From Amoebidium appalachense (lineage: Eukaryota; Protista; Ichthyosporea): 64,000 bases of DNA. A program made the position numbers and the translations under genes. Positions 39,801 through 50,591 of the stretch are shown here, one piece after another; positions within the stretch are counted from its first letter, which is position 1; each line of letters starts with the position of its first letter. The notes under the pieces are model-generated. The model saw only the letters and a list, made by a program, of their open reading frames with translations, was not told the DNA's origin and made no database searches. The DNA is taken from NCBI GenBank assembly GCA_963693365.1, contig CAVNZM010000015.1, positions 2,356,001 through 2,420,000 on the forward strand, in the 5' to 3' direction.

Positions 39801-41063
39801 TTCATTTGTATTGTGTGTGGCTGCCGTCAGCCCACAATCCTGCAGATGGTCCCTCGCGGTTTTCTGGCTGACCAGGCCATAAAGCCCCCAATCCTAAAGG
39901 CTTACCCGGATGCTGTTGTTGAGTTCCTGGATTGGTTGCCCCCTGGCACCGACACCAAGTCCCCCGCCGAACTGGTCGACGTCCTAGTGGAGTATTTTGA
40001 GGAGTGTTACGCCATTGATCCATCGCGTGGCCAGCGTCAGCGCTGTGTCAACACAGCTGCCAGCATCAAGCATTTCATGCCACGCCTGGGTTCACACCTG
40101 CAGGCCGCCCAACGGAGTCTGCAGGGCTGGAGCCGGCTTGTTCCAGCAAAGACTATGCCCCCACTTCTGTTTTCATTGGTCCTTGTCATTGGCAATCATT
40201 TGTATACCAAAATAGGCCCCTTGTTTGGTATTGCTGTTTTGCTCGGATTTGAGTGTTATTTTCGTGTCTGTGAGCATATGCTCACCCGTGCGGATCTTGT
40301 TTTGCGTGACGACCCCATTCCCCACGACATGCCACCCGGTACAGGCGACATCCGCCTGGCCAATACCAAGACCGGTCCGAATCAGTTTGTCCCCATCACC
40401 GATCCGTCCCCTGTCTTTCTGGTTCCGTGGTGCCCCCCCTTCTGCGCGGCTGTTTCCTTTCTGGTATGATGTTCTGCGTGCCAAGTTCCAAGCGGCATGT
40501 GACTCCCTCGGCCTCAACGAGTAAGGGTTCCATCTTCACAGTCTTGGCCTTGCTGGTGCGTCGAGAGACTACGTCAGGGGTGTTTCGGTAGAGACGATTG
40601 CTCTGCGTGGTCGGTGGAGATCGCATGCCTCCCTCCGCCGGTATGTGTAGGCCAGCCAGTCTCTTGTTCTTTCTATTCGGGTGCCTGCGTCGCTCCTTGC
40701 CCGGGCTGCAGCGCTACGTCAGTCACCCACGGCATGGTTCGTTCCTTCCCTTGCCAGATAAGGGAGTGGTGGGGCACACCTGTGCCTGCTTGTGATTGAT
40801 CCACAGGCACCGGCTCATGTATCCCCTTGCTGGGGCTGGTAAAGACGATGTTGGCATAAGAATATTTAGTTTGTAAATGTGTTTTCTTTGCATGAGAATT
40901 AGATAGCCCCGTTGGAGTGAAATTGTGTGTTGCGAGTGTGCTGTAAAATTCGTAGTAGTAATATGTTGTAGGCCTTGGTGTGTTTGATGTGTGTGCAAAG
41001 GTTCAGGCTGCTAGCATTTTTTTTTAGGGAGCTGTAAATGTTTTTATGTTCTGTGGGATATGC

Positions 41064-42424
41064 TTTTATTTTATTTTTTTATTTTTTTATTTTATCCCGT
41101 TTCACTCCCGGAGGCACTGCCTAAGGGGAGCTAACGTCTTCCACAGTAGACACACGAATGTGCTCTCTACATAGTGCAACTATAAGTCAGGATACATAAT
41201 CCCGACTGTCACTACATATTCTGGCAATTCTTAGCCCACGGGGTTGCCGCAGTCACGCTAGTGGGGATTGAGCAAACTCACTTCAACCAACACCTAGCCA
41301 GGAGTGACCCGGGGGAAAATAAAAGGGTATAAGCAAGAAAAAATGTTCGGAAAGTTAGAAACAATACAATAAGACGAAGCAGTGTGTTCGTGCTGCTCTG
41401 CATGGTGGAAAAGAAAGAAAGAAGAGCAGTGTGTTGGTGCTGCTCGGCATGGTAGAAGACTAGAGCAGGGTGTTGGTGCTGCTCGGCATGGTAGAAGACA
41501 CTAGAGCAGGGTGTTGGTGCTGCTCGGCATGGTAGAAGACAATAGAGCAGGGTGTTGGTGCTGCTCGGCATGGTAGAAGACACTAGAGCAGGGTGTTGGT
41601 GCTGCTCGGCATGGTAGAAGACACTAGAGCAGGGTGTTGGTGCTGCTCGGCATGGTAGAAGACACTAGAGCAGGGTGTTGGTGCTGCTCGGCATGGTAGA
41701 AGTCTAGAGCAGGGTGATGGTGCTGCTCGGCATGGTAGAAGACACTAGAGCAGGGTGTTGGTGTTGCTCGGCATGGTAGAAGACACTAGAGCAGGGTGAT
41801 GGTGCTGCTCGGCATGGTAGAAGACACTAGAGCAGGGTGATGGTGCTGCTCGGCATGGTAGAAGACACTAGAGCAGGGTGTTGGTGCTGCTCGGCATGGT
41901 AGAGGACACTAGAGCAGGGTGTTGGTGCTGCTCGTCATGGTGGAAGAAGACAGCATGAAGTTCGTGCGGCCTATTGGTATTCTTATGTTTTTCTAGAGTT
42001 TTTGACGCTTTAGTAAATTTCGTTTTTCCTGACAAAGTGCCCATGTCGCAAAACTAATAACTCGTGTTGTACTAGTCCTACGGCAACGGCTCAAACACGG
42101 CCATGTTGCCAGCGTTTGGCTCTATGCAATGGTGTGCATGCCGCCCCTTGTGCGTAAATGTGGTGGAGTGTGGATGCAGCGGCGCACGGCCGTTTACGAA
42201 ACACGTGTCGTGTTTTGTGCCTGGTCGCGATGGCCCTGTGCGTGTTAAAATTTAAGAGAATAGGAATGTGCAAAATACGCATCTTGATTGGTTGCATTTT
42301 ATCTGATGAGCCCGGAGTGGCGATCTTATTGGATAGTTAACTGCTATTTTTAAGGAATCATACTGCTTGTTCACCGATCACATATGGTTTTGATGTGATC
42401 GGGAGCCCGACATGGCGCGACTGC
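41064..42424 (-). mobile_element. Non-coding retroposon (SINE/SVA-like) with A-rich tail, internal VNTR and 14-bp TSD
   Basis: TCTGTGGGATATGC at 41050-41063 and 42425-42438, a single-copy sequence in uninterrupted A repeats; (TTTTA)n at 41064-41095 is an A-rich 3' tail on the minus strand. Confidence 0.88.
41378..41950. repeat. 41-bp minisatellite, about 14 copies
   Basis: Unit AGAGCAGGGTGTTGGTGCTGCTCGGCATGGTAGAAGACACT, head-to-tail with no spacers. Confidence 0.97.
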
Positions 42425-43023
42425 TCTGTGGGATATGCCATATGGATATATTGATGAGTGTAAGTTATATCTAGTCCGAAATGGGCGGCAGTTGATTTGG
42501 TGTTTGTGATCTAGGGGTTTTAGCCACTTGTGAAAATTTTTCATTGGTTGATGTGCAGCAAAAATTCCATTTTGGTAGATTTCATGGATTTGATAGGATC
42601 TAAGTCATTTCTTCATATTCCCATAGGAAAAAATGTGGGCTGCGCTATATATATAATGAGGTTGTGCGGCCCCAGGGAGGTCAGTTGCGGCGCTACTGAG
42701 CGCGTTTAGGTCTCCTTGGGCCCAATGTTTTAGCTAAGGTTTGGCAACTCTAGCCCCAGGGAGTCAGTTGCGGCGCTACTGAGCGCGTTTAGGTCGCTTT
42801 AGGCCCAATTTTTTTAGCTAAGTTTTTGCAACTCTAGTCCCCGTTTTTCGCGCTGTTGTTCGTTTTTTCTCTAGTTTGTTTTGCCCAGGAGCGCGCGCTT
42901 AGCTTCGGCAGCATCTGGTAAGAGTTTTGCGTGCGCACCGTTGCGTTTTAGCTGGTTTTCGGACGTTTTTTGCGGTGTCGTTTTTCCCGCGTTTTTTCGA
43001 TTTTCCAATTTTTGTTTTCAAGT

Positions 43024-43270
43024 TGTGCCAACGTCGCCTTTACCAACCCCAGTATGGGGATACTTGAGGTGGTGCCTGCTGACCCTATGATCTCAGGCAC
43101 ATGAGTGCCCCACAGGAGCAATTCAAAGCCTTATCAGGCAAGCCTAATGAGGCAAGGGTTCAAAGCCTAATGAGGCAAGGGTTCAAAGCCTTATGAGGCA
43201 AGGGTGGGTGGGTGGGCAAAAACTTGACTACAGGCAATAACCTAAAAAGGCTTACCTACCTACTTACACC
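43024..43270 (-). mobile_element. Right-end fragment (A-C-B) of a second, diverged YR retrotransposon family
   Basis: 43024-43120 is a diverged inverted B repeat; 43215-43270 matches 58776-58827. Confidence 0.65.
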
Positions 43271-43271
43271 A

Positions 43272-43749
43272 AAACCCAACCCCAGCCGTTATCTGCTCTC
43301 CAGCGGCGCCAAAGTCAACCTGCACGTCAAAGGACGTCTGGCCCCTTCCTACCTCAAGAGCACCTTGGCTGACCAGGCCTCGGTCACTGCGGCTGTCCAC
43401 GCGGCGGAATTGGTCAGCTAGGTTCAAAGTCATTTCTTCACCATAGGCAAAATGTGAGCCGTGCTATATAATGAGCTTGCGCGGCCCCAGGGAGGTCAGT
43501 TGCGGCGCTACTGAGCGCGTTTAGGTCTCTTTAAGCCCAATTTTTAGCTAAGTGTTTTTGCCCACCCACCACACCCTTGCCTATTTAGGCACTAGGCTAC
43601 GTTTTTTGAGCATGTTTCTGTATGATATTTGTCATTCTTTTCATTTCTCCTGTGGAGCACACCTGTGCCTGCTTATGAGATTGATCCACAGGCACCGGCT
43701 CATGTATCCCCTTGCTGGCGCTGGTAAAGACGACGTTGGCATAAGAATA
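43272..43749 (+). mobile_element. YR element fragments: a piece of ORF1, then right terminus (end of A, C, B)
   Basis: ORF1 segment KPNPSRYLLSSG..AAVHAA at 43272-43420; A end to about 43560; unique C; B ending CATAAGAATA at 43749. Confidence 0.85.
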
Positions 43750-44808
43750 GAGAATTTGGCAACCGAAAATCTGTACATTATTTAGTTTGTAAACGTGTTT
43801 TCTTTGCAGGAGAATTAGATAGCCCCGTTGGAGTGAAATTGTGTGTTGCGAGTGTGCTGTAAAATTCGTAGTAGTAGCATGGTGTAGGCCTTGGTGTGTT
43901 TGGTGTGTGTGCAAAGTTTCAGGCTGCTAGCATTTTTATTTAGGGAGCTGTAGCTGTTTTTATGTTCTGTGGGATATGCCATATGGAAATATTGATGAGT
44001 TTGAGTTATATCTAGTCCGAAATGGGCGGCAATCGATTTGGTCTTTGTGATCTAGGGGTTTTAGCCACTTGTGAAAATATTAAGTTTGTAAACGTGTTTT
44101 CTTTGCAGGAGAATTAGATAGCCCCGTTGGAGTGAAATTGTGTGTTGCGAGTGTGCTGTAAACTTCGTGGTAGTATAATGCTGTAGGCCATGGTGTGTTT
44201 GATGTGGGTGCAAAGTTTCAGGCTGCTAGCATTTTTATTTAGGGAGCTGTAGCTGTTTTTATGTTCTGTGGGATATGCCATATGGATATATTGATGAGTT
44301 TGAGTATATCTAGTCCGAAATGGGCGGCAATCGATTTGGTCTTTATGATCTAGGGGTTTTAGCCACTTGTGAAAAATTTTCATTGGTTGATGTGCAGCAA
44401 AAATTCCATTTTGGTAGATTTCATGGATTTGATAGGTTCTATATCATTTCTTCTTATTTCCATAGGCAAAAATGTGGGCCGCGCTCTATAATGAGCTCGC
44501 GCGGCCCCAGGGAGGTCAGTTGCGGCGCTACTGAGCGCGTTTAGGTCTCTTTAGGCCCAATTTTTTAGCTAAGTTTTTGCAACTCTAGTCCCCATTTTTC
44601 GCGCTCTTGTTCGTTTTTTCTCTAGTTTTTTTTTTGCCCAGGAGCGCGCGCTTAGCTTCGGCAGCATCTGGTAAGAGTTTTGCGTGCGCGCCGTTGCGTT
44701 TTAGCTGGTTTTCGGACGTTTTTTGTGGTGTCGGTTTTCCCACGTTTTTGCATTTTCCAGTCTTCGTTTTCAAGTTTTCGTGCTCTAGTCTGGTTTGTGA
44801 GCATTGCA

Positions 44809-45864
44809 ATGGCCCCTCCATCTGCTCTGGTCGCCAAGGGGGCCGCTCTCCTCGAAAAGCTTTTGGAGATCTCTACCGATGCGGACGACGCAAGTCTCAA
44901 AAGTCTGGCCGTTTTGAAGTCCAACGCCCTCCCCTGGAACAGCCTGCCGGCAGAAACCGTCAACAGTGTGGTTTCAGCCCTCAAGGCGCGCTCGGTGGCT
45001 TTTGATGACCCTGAGATGGTCGGTTGGAAAGTCACCGACCAGCTGCACTTGCTCTGTCGCACTCCTCGCAGCGGCCGTGCCTCCCCCCCACCTGGGTCGC
45101 CCTCTCCCCAGCGGCGTTCTGACGGTGTAGACGTCCAAGAGCAGCTGCAGGCGCTTTCTGCCCAAGTGCAAGCCCTCTCTGTTGCCCAGTCTGGTCGCCC
45201 CAAGAAGCCCTCTGCCGGCGGCCTGCTGAGCACGCTGTCTGCGCGGGCAAAGGGCAAGGAGCCTGTCTATGCGTACGACACCGGCAGTGAAGACACCCCA
45301 TCGTCGAGTGAGGATTCTGATTCCAGCAGCAGTGGCTACGGTCGTTCCTCTCGCCACCGTCGTTCCTCTGGCCGTTCCAAACCCACCCCCAGCCGTTATC
45401 TGCTCTCCAGCGGTGCCAAAGTCAACCTGCGCGTCAAAGAACGTCTGGCCCCTTCCTACCTCAAGAGCACCTTGGCTGACCAGGCCTCGGTCACTGCGGC
45501 TGTCCACGCGGCGGATTGGGTCAGCTACCGCAACAAACGGGAGGCTCTGATGCTTGCCCGTATGCTGGATCTGCTGCTGGCCGCCGACCCTAAGGCCCGC
45601 AAGGAGTCACCTGCTGTGGAAGTTGGTGTGCGCCGTCTGCTGGCTGTGCAGACTGCTGATCAGTCCAACGGGGACTGGGCTGTTGCAGAGCAGTTTGAGG
45701 AGCTCCCTGCGCGCAGCCTGCCCCTGCCCCCTGCCTTGGCCACCCGGGCTGTTCGTCAAGCCAAGACCCTCGCCGAAGTCACCCGGGCTCGGCGCGGTCC
45801 CGGCAGTGGCCCATCCGGAGCCGGTCCATCGACCCCTCCGGGGACCGGTGGGCACAGGGCCTAA
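44809..45864 (+). CDS. ORF1 (gag-position protein) of YR retrotransposon, 351 aa
   Basis: Open frame MAPPSALVAK...GGHRA*, with a coiled-coil-like segment (VQEQLQALSAQVQALSVAQ) and conserved RNKREALxLARMLD..EVGVRRL..GDWAVAEQ; repeated in other copies. The gag role is inferred from position. Confidence 0.85.
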   Translation: MAPPSALVAKGAALLEKLLEISTDADDASLKSLAVLKSNALPWNSLPAETVNSVVSALKARSVAFDDPEMVGWKVTDQLHLLCRTPRSGRASPPPGSPSPQRRSDGVDVQEQLQALSAQVQALSVAQSGRPKKPSAGGLLSTLSARAKGKEPVYAYDTGSEDTPSSSEDSDSSSSGYGRSSRHRRSSGRSKPTPSRYLLSSGAKVNLRVKERLAPSYLKSTLADQASVTAAVHAADWVSYRNKREALMLARMLDLLLAADPKARKESPAVEVGVRRLLAVQTADQSNGDWAVAEQFEELPARSLPLPPALATRAVRQAKTLAEVTRARRGPGSGPSGAGPSTPPGTGGHRA

Positions 45865-45974
45865 ACGGCCCATTGGGGGTTCGGCACGCGGTTCTGTATA
45901 TTATTTTCTTGTGGCTTCCTGCCACGTGCCCTTGATTAAATATGCCCCCTAATTTTTCTAAGGATTCCACAGCT

Positions 45975-47995
45975 ATGCCACGTCATGTCTTTGCCGCCTC
46001 TGATTTGTTCCCTGTTCCGGCCATTCCTGTGCCGGACCGTTCTGGACAAGCCCGTCTACGGAGTCAACGCCGTCGGCAACGTCTGTCTCACCGCCTGAAG
46101 GGGGTTACCTTGGCTAACCGTTGTCTTGGTGCCCTCAACGAGCTGTGGGCAGGCGGCCCTTGCCCATTCCCGACCCGGTTGGTGAACAGTCACCACCATG
46201 CCCTGTGGACCTTTGTCCTTAGGGCCAGCTACGATGCTATACGCGCGGGTGTCTACGACGCTCAGCCTGCGAGTAGTGTCTTGGCTGCGTTCCCCGCGGC
46301 CTACCCTGTATTGACAGGATGGCTACCTCTCACGGCGGCAAATGCCGCTTTGCCACCCCCTGGGGTTGGAGCCACAGTGGACGTGTTGCAGTTATTGTCT
46401 CCTACGCTGCAGCCGTTTTTGGCCAACTGCGACGGCGGCCTTCTCAAGCCTGTTCCGCCGACGCCTGCAGAGCTGCGCCGCATCCGGCCGGCGCATCACG
46501 TTCCCAGTGGGGAATACGGTCCCCTGCTTCTTCGGCTTCAAGACTGCGGCATGGTGCACTATTTCGAGGCGAAGGAAAAACCACTGGCCATCAATGGGCT
46601 GTTTGGGGTCCCCAAAGACACCAGAGCCCGCGTCATTTTTGACGGCCGCCGTGGCAACCTGTTCTTTGCCCGTGATCATCCTGCCCTCCAGGTGCACCTG
46701 CCCAACCCTGCCGATTTTGCCGATCTGTTGCTGGGGCCTGAGGATTGCCTCTATTTTGGCAAGTCGGACATGGACAACCAGTTCCATCGTCTTCTTGCCC
46801 CCGAGTGGCTGTGGCGGTACTTCGGATTGCCGCCTGTGTCTTCGGAGGCTGTTGGCATTTCTGGGCCCGACCGGCTTGTGTACCCGGCCCTCAAGACCGT
46901 GCCCATGGGCTGGGTGCATTCTGTGCTTGTGGCTCAAGACGTCCATGGGCAGTTGGCTGACCGAGCCGGCATGCCCCGCATTGAGCGCCTCTGTGCGATA
47001 GTGCCGCGGCCTGTGGAGGCCACGCAGCATGCCCTGTATGTGGACGACTGTGGCTGGGTCGGCACAGATGCCACCGCCATCAATCGTCAGCGTGAATCGT
47101 ATCATGGCGTCACCGGCCCGGCTGGTCTTCCCTCCAATGTCAAGAAGGATGTGGCTGCTGGTTCGTCGTCCTCTATGGTGCTGCTAGGCCTGGAAATGCA
47201 TCGCTCTGGGATATTGCGCCCGTCTGGCGCTTCCTTGTGCCGTCTGGTGGCGGAAACCCAGGCCGTGTTGCGTCGTGGTGTCGTCACGCAGCTCCGTTTG
47301 CAGCAGTTGCTTGGTGGTTGGGTGTGGGCGGCACTGCTGCAGCGGCCGCTTTTGTCGGTTCTGAGTGCCGTCTACAGTGTTGTGGAGCAGCTGGGGGGTC
47401 GGGAACAGCCCCTTCCCCCGCCCGTGGTGTGGGAGCTTCAGGCGATGTGTGCTTTGGCCCCTTTGATGCGTTGTGATTTGCGTTCTGGGTTTGCTAGCAC
47501 CATGTTCTGCACTGATGCTTCCTTGTTGGGTGGTGCAGTGGTGTCCTGGGTGCTTCCAGCAACGCTTCTCCGCGAAGTGCTGCCTCACTGCAACCGGCGT
47601 GGCCACTACAGCCAGCTGTCTGGTCCCGTGCACGAGCCAAGCCCGTCCGCCCCCCGGCACCTATCCTGGCAGCTGTTGGTGGCCGGTGGACCACCAACAT
47701 CAGTCATCGTTGGCGCCACTCCGACCACATCAACATTCTGGAGGGAGAAGCCTTGCTCCTGGGGCTTCGTCGATTAGGTCGGTCTACGGCTGCCCGGGGC
47801 TCCCGCTACCTTTGGGGCCTTGATTCGACGGCGCTGCTTGGGGCTGTTGCTAAGGGTCGTTCAGCATCCCGACGCCTGAACCGTGTATGCCGCCAGGTGG
47901 CTGCCTACACGCTTGCCCTCGACATTCGTTTGTATTGTGTGTGGCTGCCGTCAGCCCACAATCCTGCAGATGGTCCCTCGCGGTTTTCTGGCTGA
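45975..47995 (+). pseudogene. Reverse transcriptase-RNase H of YR retrotransposon (one frameshift in the C run near 47650)
   Basis: LFGVPKD..RVIFDGR; KSDMDNQFH; VPMGWVHS; YVDD; LLGLE; FCTDAS; HINILEGEA; LDS..AVAKGRSAS; WLPSAHNPADGPSR. The corresponding region is uninterrupted in ORF 60763-62586. Confidence 0.93.
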
Positions 47996-48928
47996 CCAGG
48001 CCATAAAGCCCCCAACCCTCAAGGCCTACCGGGATGCTGTTGTTGAGTTCCTGGATTGGTTGCCCCCTGGTACCGACACCAAGTCCCCCGCCGAACTGGA
48101 CGACCTCCTGGTGGAGTATTTTGAGGAGTGTTATGCCATTGATCCATCGCGTGGCCAGCGTCAGCGCTGTGTCAACACAGCTGCCGGCATCAAGCATTTC
48201 ATGCCACGCCTGGGTCCACACCTGCAGGCCGCCCAACGGAGCCTGCAGGGCTGGAACCGGCTTGTTCCAGCAAAGACCACGCCCCCGCTTCCGTTTTCAT
48301 TGGTCCTCGTCATTGGCCATCATTTGTATTCCAAAATTGGCCCCTTGTTTGGTATTGCTGTTTTGCTTGGATTTGAGTGTTATTTTCGTGTCAGTGAGCT
48401 GCTTATGCTCACCCGTGCGGATCTTATTTTGCCCGACGACCCCGTTCCCCACGACATGCCACCCGGTACAGGCGGCATCCGCCTGGCCGACACCAAGACC
48501 GGTCCAAATCAGTTTGTCCCCATCACCGATCCGTCCCTGTTGGCCATCTTGTCTTTCTGGTTCCGTGGCGCCCCCCCTTCTGCGCGGCTGTTTCCTTTCT
48601 CGTATGATGTTCTGCGTACCAAGTTCCAAGCGGCATGTGACTCCCTCGGCCTCAACGAGTATGGGTTCCATCTTCACAGTCTTCGCCATGGTGGTGCCTC
48701 GAGAGACTATGTCAGGGGTGTTTCAGTAGAGACGATTGCTCTGCGTGGTCGATGGAGATCGTCGATGGAGATGGAGATCGACCACGAGATCATGCCTCCC
48801 TCCGCCGGTATGTGCAGGCCGGCCAGTCTCTTGTTCTTTCTATTCGCGTGCCTGCGTCGCTCCTTGCCCGGGCTGCAGCGCTGCGTCAGTCACCCACGGC
48901 ATGGTTCGTTCCTTCCCGTGCCAGGTAG
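47970..48928 (+). pseudogene. Tyrosine recombinase, overlapping the end of RT-RH; small insertion near 48760-48790 shifts the catalytic Tyr out of frame
   Basis: GFECYFRVSEL (R), TKTG (K), HSLRHGGA (HxxR), RGRW (W); the intact end SLRRYV (Y) is seen in ORF 53256-53855. Confidence 0.93.
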
Positions 48929-50591
48929 GGAGTGGTGGAGCACACCTGTGCCTGCTTGTGAGATTGATCCACAGGCACCGGCTCATGTATCCCCTTGCTG
49001 GGGCTGGTAAAGACGACATTGGCATAAGAATATTAAGTTTGTAAACGTGTTTTCTTTGCAAGAGAATTAGATAGCCCGTTGGAGTGAAATTGTGTGTTGC
49101 GAGTGTGCTGTAAAATTCGTAGTAGTAGCATGGTGTAGGCCTTGGTGTGTTTGGTGTGTGTGCAAAGTTTCAGGCTGCTAGCATTTTTATTTAGGGAGCT
49201 GTAGCTGTTTTTATGTTCTGTGGGATATGCCATATGGATATATTGATGAGTTTGAGTTAAATCTAGTCCGAAATGGGCGGCAATTGATTTGGTCATTGTG
49301 ATCTAGGAGTTTTAGCCACTTGTGAAAATTTTTCATTGGTTGATGTGCAGCAAAAATTCCATTTTGGTAGATTTCATGGATTTGATAGGTTTTAAGTCAT
49401 TTCTTCATATTTCCATTGGCCAAAATGTGGGCCGCGCTATATAATGAGCTTGCGCGGCCCAGGGAGGTCAGTTGCGGCGCTACTGAGCGCGTTTAGGTCT
49501 CTTTAGGCCCAATTTTTTAGCTAAGTTTTTGCAACTCTAGTCCCCGTTTTTCGCGCTCTTGTTCGTTTTTTCTCTTTTGTTTTTTGCCCAAGAGCGCGCG
49601 CTTAGCTTCAGCAGCATCTGGTAAAAGTGTTGCGTGCGCGCCGTTGCGTTTTAGCTGGTTTTTGGACGTTTTTTGCGGTGTCGGTTTTCCCGCGTTTTTG
49701 CATTTTCTAGTCTTCGTTTTCAGGTTTTCGTGCTCTAGTCTGGTTTGCGAGCATTGCAATGGCCCCTCCTCCTGCTTTGGTCGCCAAGGGGGCCGCTCTC
49801 CTCGAAAAGCTTTGGAGACCTCTACGACCTGTGCATAAAGCAAAGCGTATTCCCCTCCACCCAAAAAGGCTAACCATCTAATCTATACTCAATCAACCAA
49901 ACTCCTACAACATGTGTAAGTAGATGTGATAAAAAATGCTGTGAGTCCTCTCAGTCCCATGATAACAACAAAGCTCTTCATTGTGTCTGGTCGTGAGCAA
50001 CACAGAAACGAAACACGGAAACAACAGCAGCCATAGGACAAAGAGCCGGTACCCACCTATGGATGCTAAACATCACAGATCAAAGTACCAGTCATCGTGC
50101 TGTAAGAGCAACACAGAAACGAAAAACGGAAACAACAGCAGCCATAGGACAAAGAGCCGGTACCTGGCACCTCTAGAGTGGCAAAAAAAGAGTCGACAGA
50201 ACCAACCTCAAACATAATAAGGACGGAAACCCGGACCAGAACTTATGAAGTCTAGAGAAACAGAAAATAGCTTGAACGACTGGTGGAGGGGATGATAGCT
50301 ATAGTGCTAACAGCAAAAGTAGTGCCCACAGTCGCTGGTTCATGAACGTGAAAAGGCAACATGCATCTGCAGCCAGCAGACACACGCACACGCACGCACA
50401 CACACACACATACACACACACGCACACAAACACAGACACAGACAAAGATATAATCACAGGCACGGACACAGACCAGACAGACAAACGCCATATGCACAAA
50501 AGCAGGCAACACAAAACCAACCTTCAAACGGCCTTTCAACCGTTAGGCGAAGAAGCTGCAGCATGCAGCATGGTCGAAACCATTCAGCACG

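Larger units (their letters stand above)
36841..43022 (+). mobile_element. Tyrosine-recombinase (DIRS-order, split-direct-repeat) retrotransposon, degenerate copy 1, 5'-truncated
   Basis: Frameshifted ORF1 (to about 37750), RT-RH (37861-39870) and YR (39847-40760); then B repeat, A repeat (interrupted by the insertion at 41064-42424) and 5'UTR-like sequence. Confidence 0.92.
43779..49825 (+). mobile_element. YR retrotransposon copy 2 (most complete): partial A, A, ORF1, RT-RH, YR, B, A, start of next unit
   Basis: A starts at 43779 (partial) and 44078 (full, to about 44580); B at 48935-49032; A at 49031-49532, then 5'UTR and the first codons of ORF1 to about 49825. Confidence 0.95.

Noticed and set aside
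41378-41950. CRISPR-like appearance of the 41-bp repeats (also the hairpin array at 35364-35562)
   Set aside because: The 41-bp units have no spacers; the hairpin units are degenerate with short irregular spacers; there are no cas genes and the context is eukaryotic.
42303-42326. Hammerhead ribozyme-like CTGATGA-GCC..GGC-GA
   Set aside because: The core continues GATC rather than GAAA, I could not build stems I and III, and it lies antisense to the retroposon.
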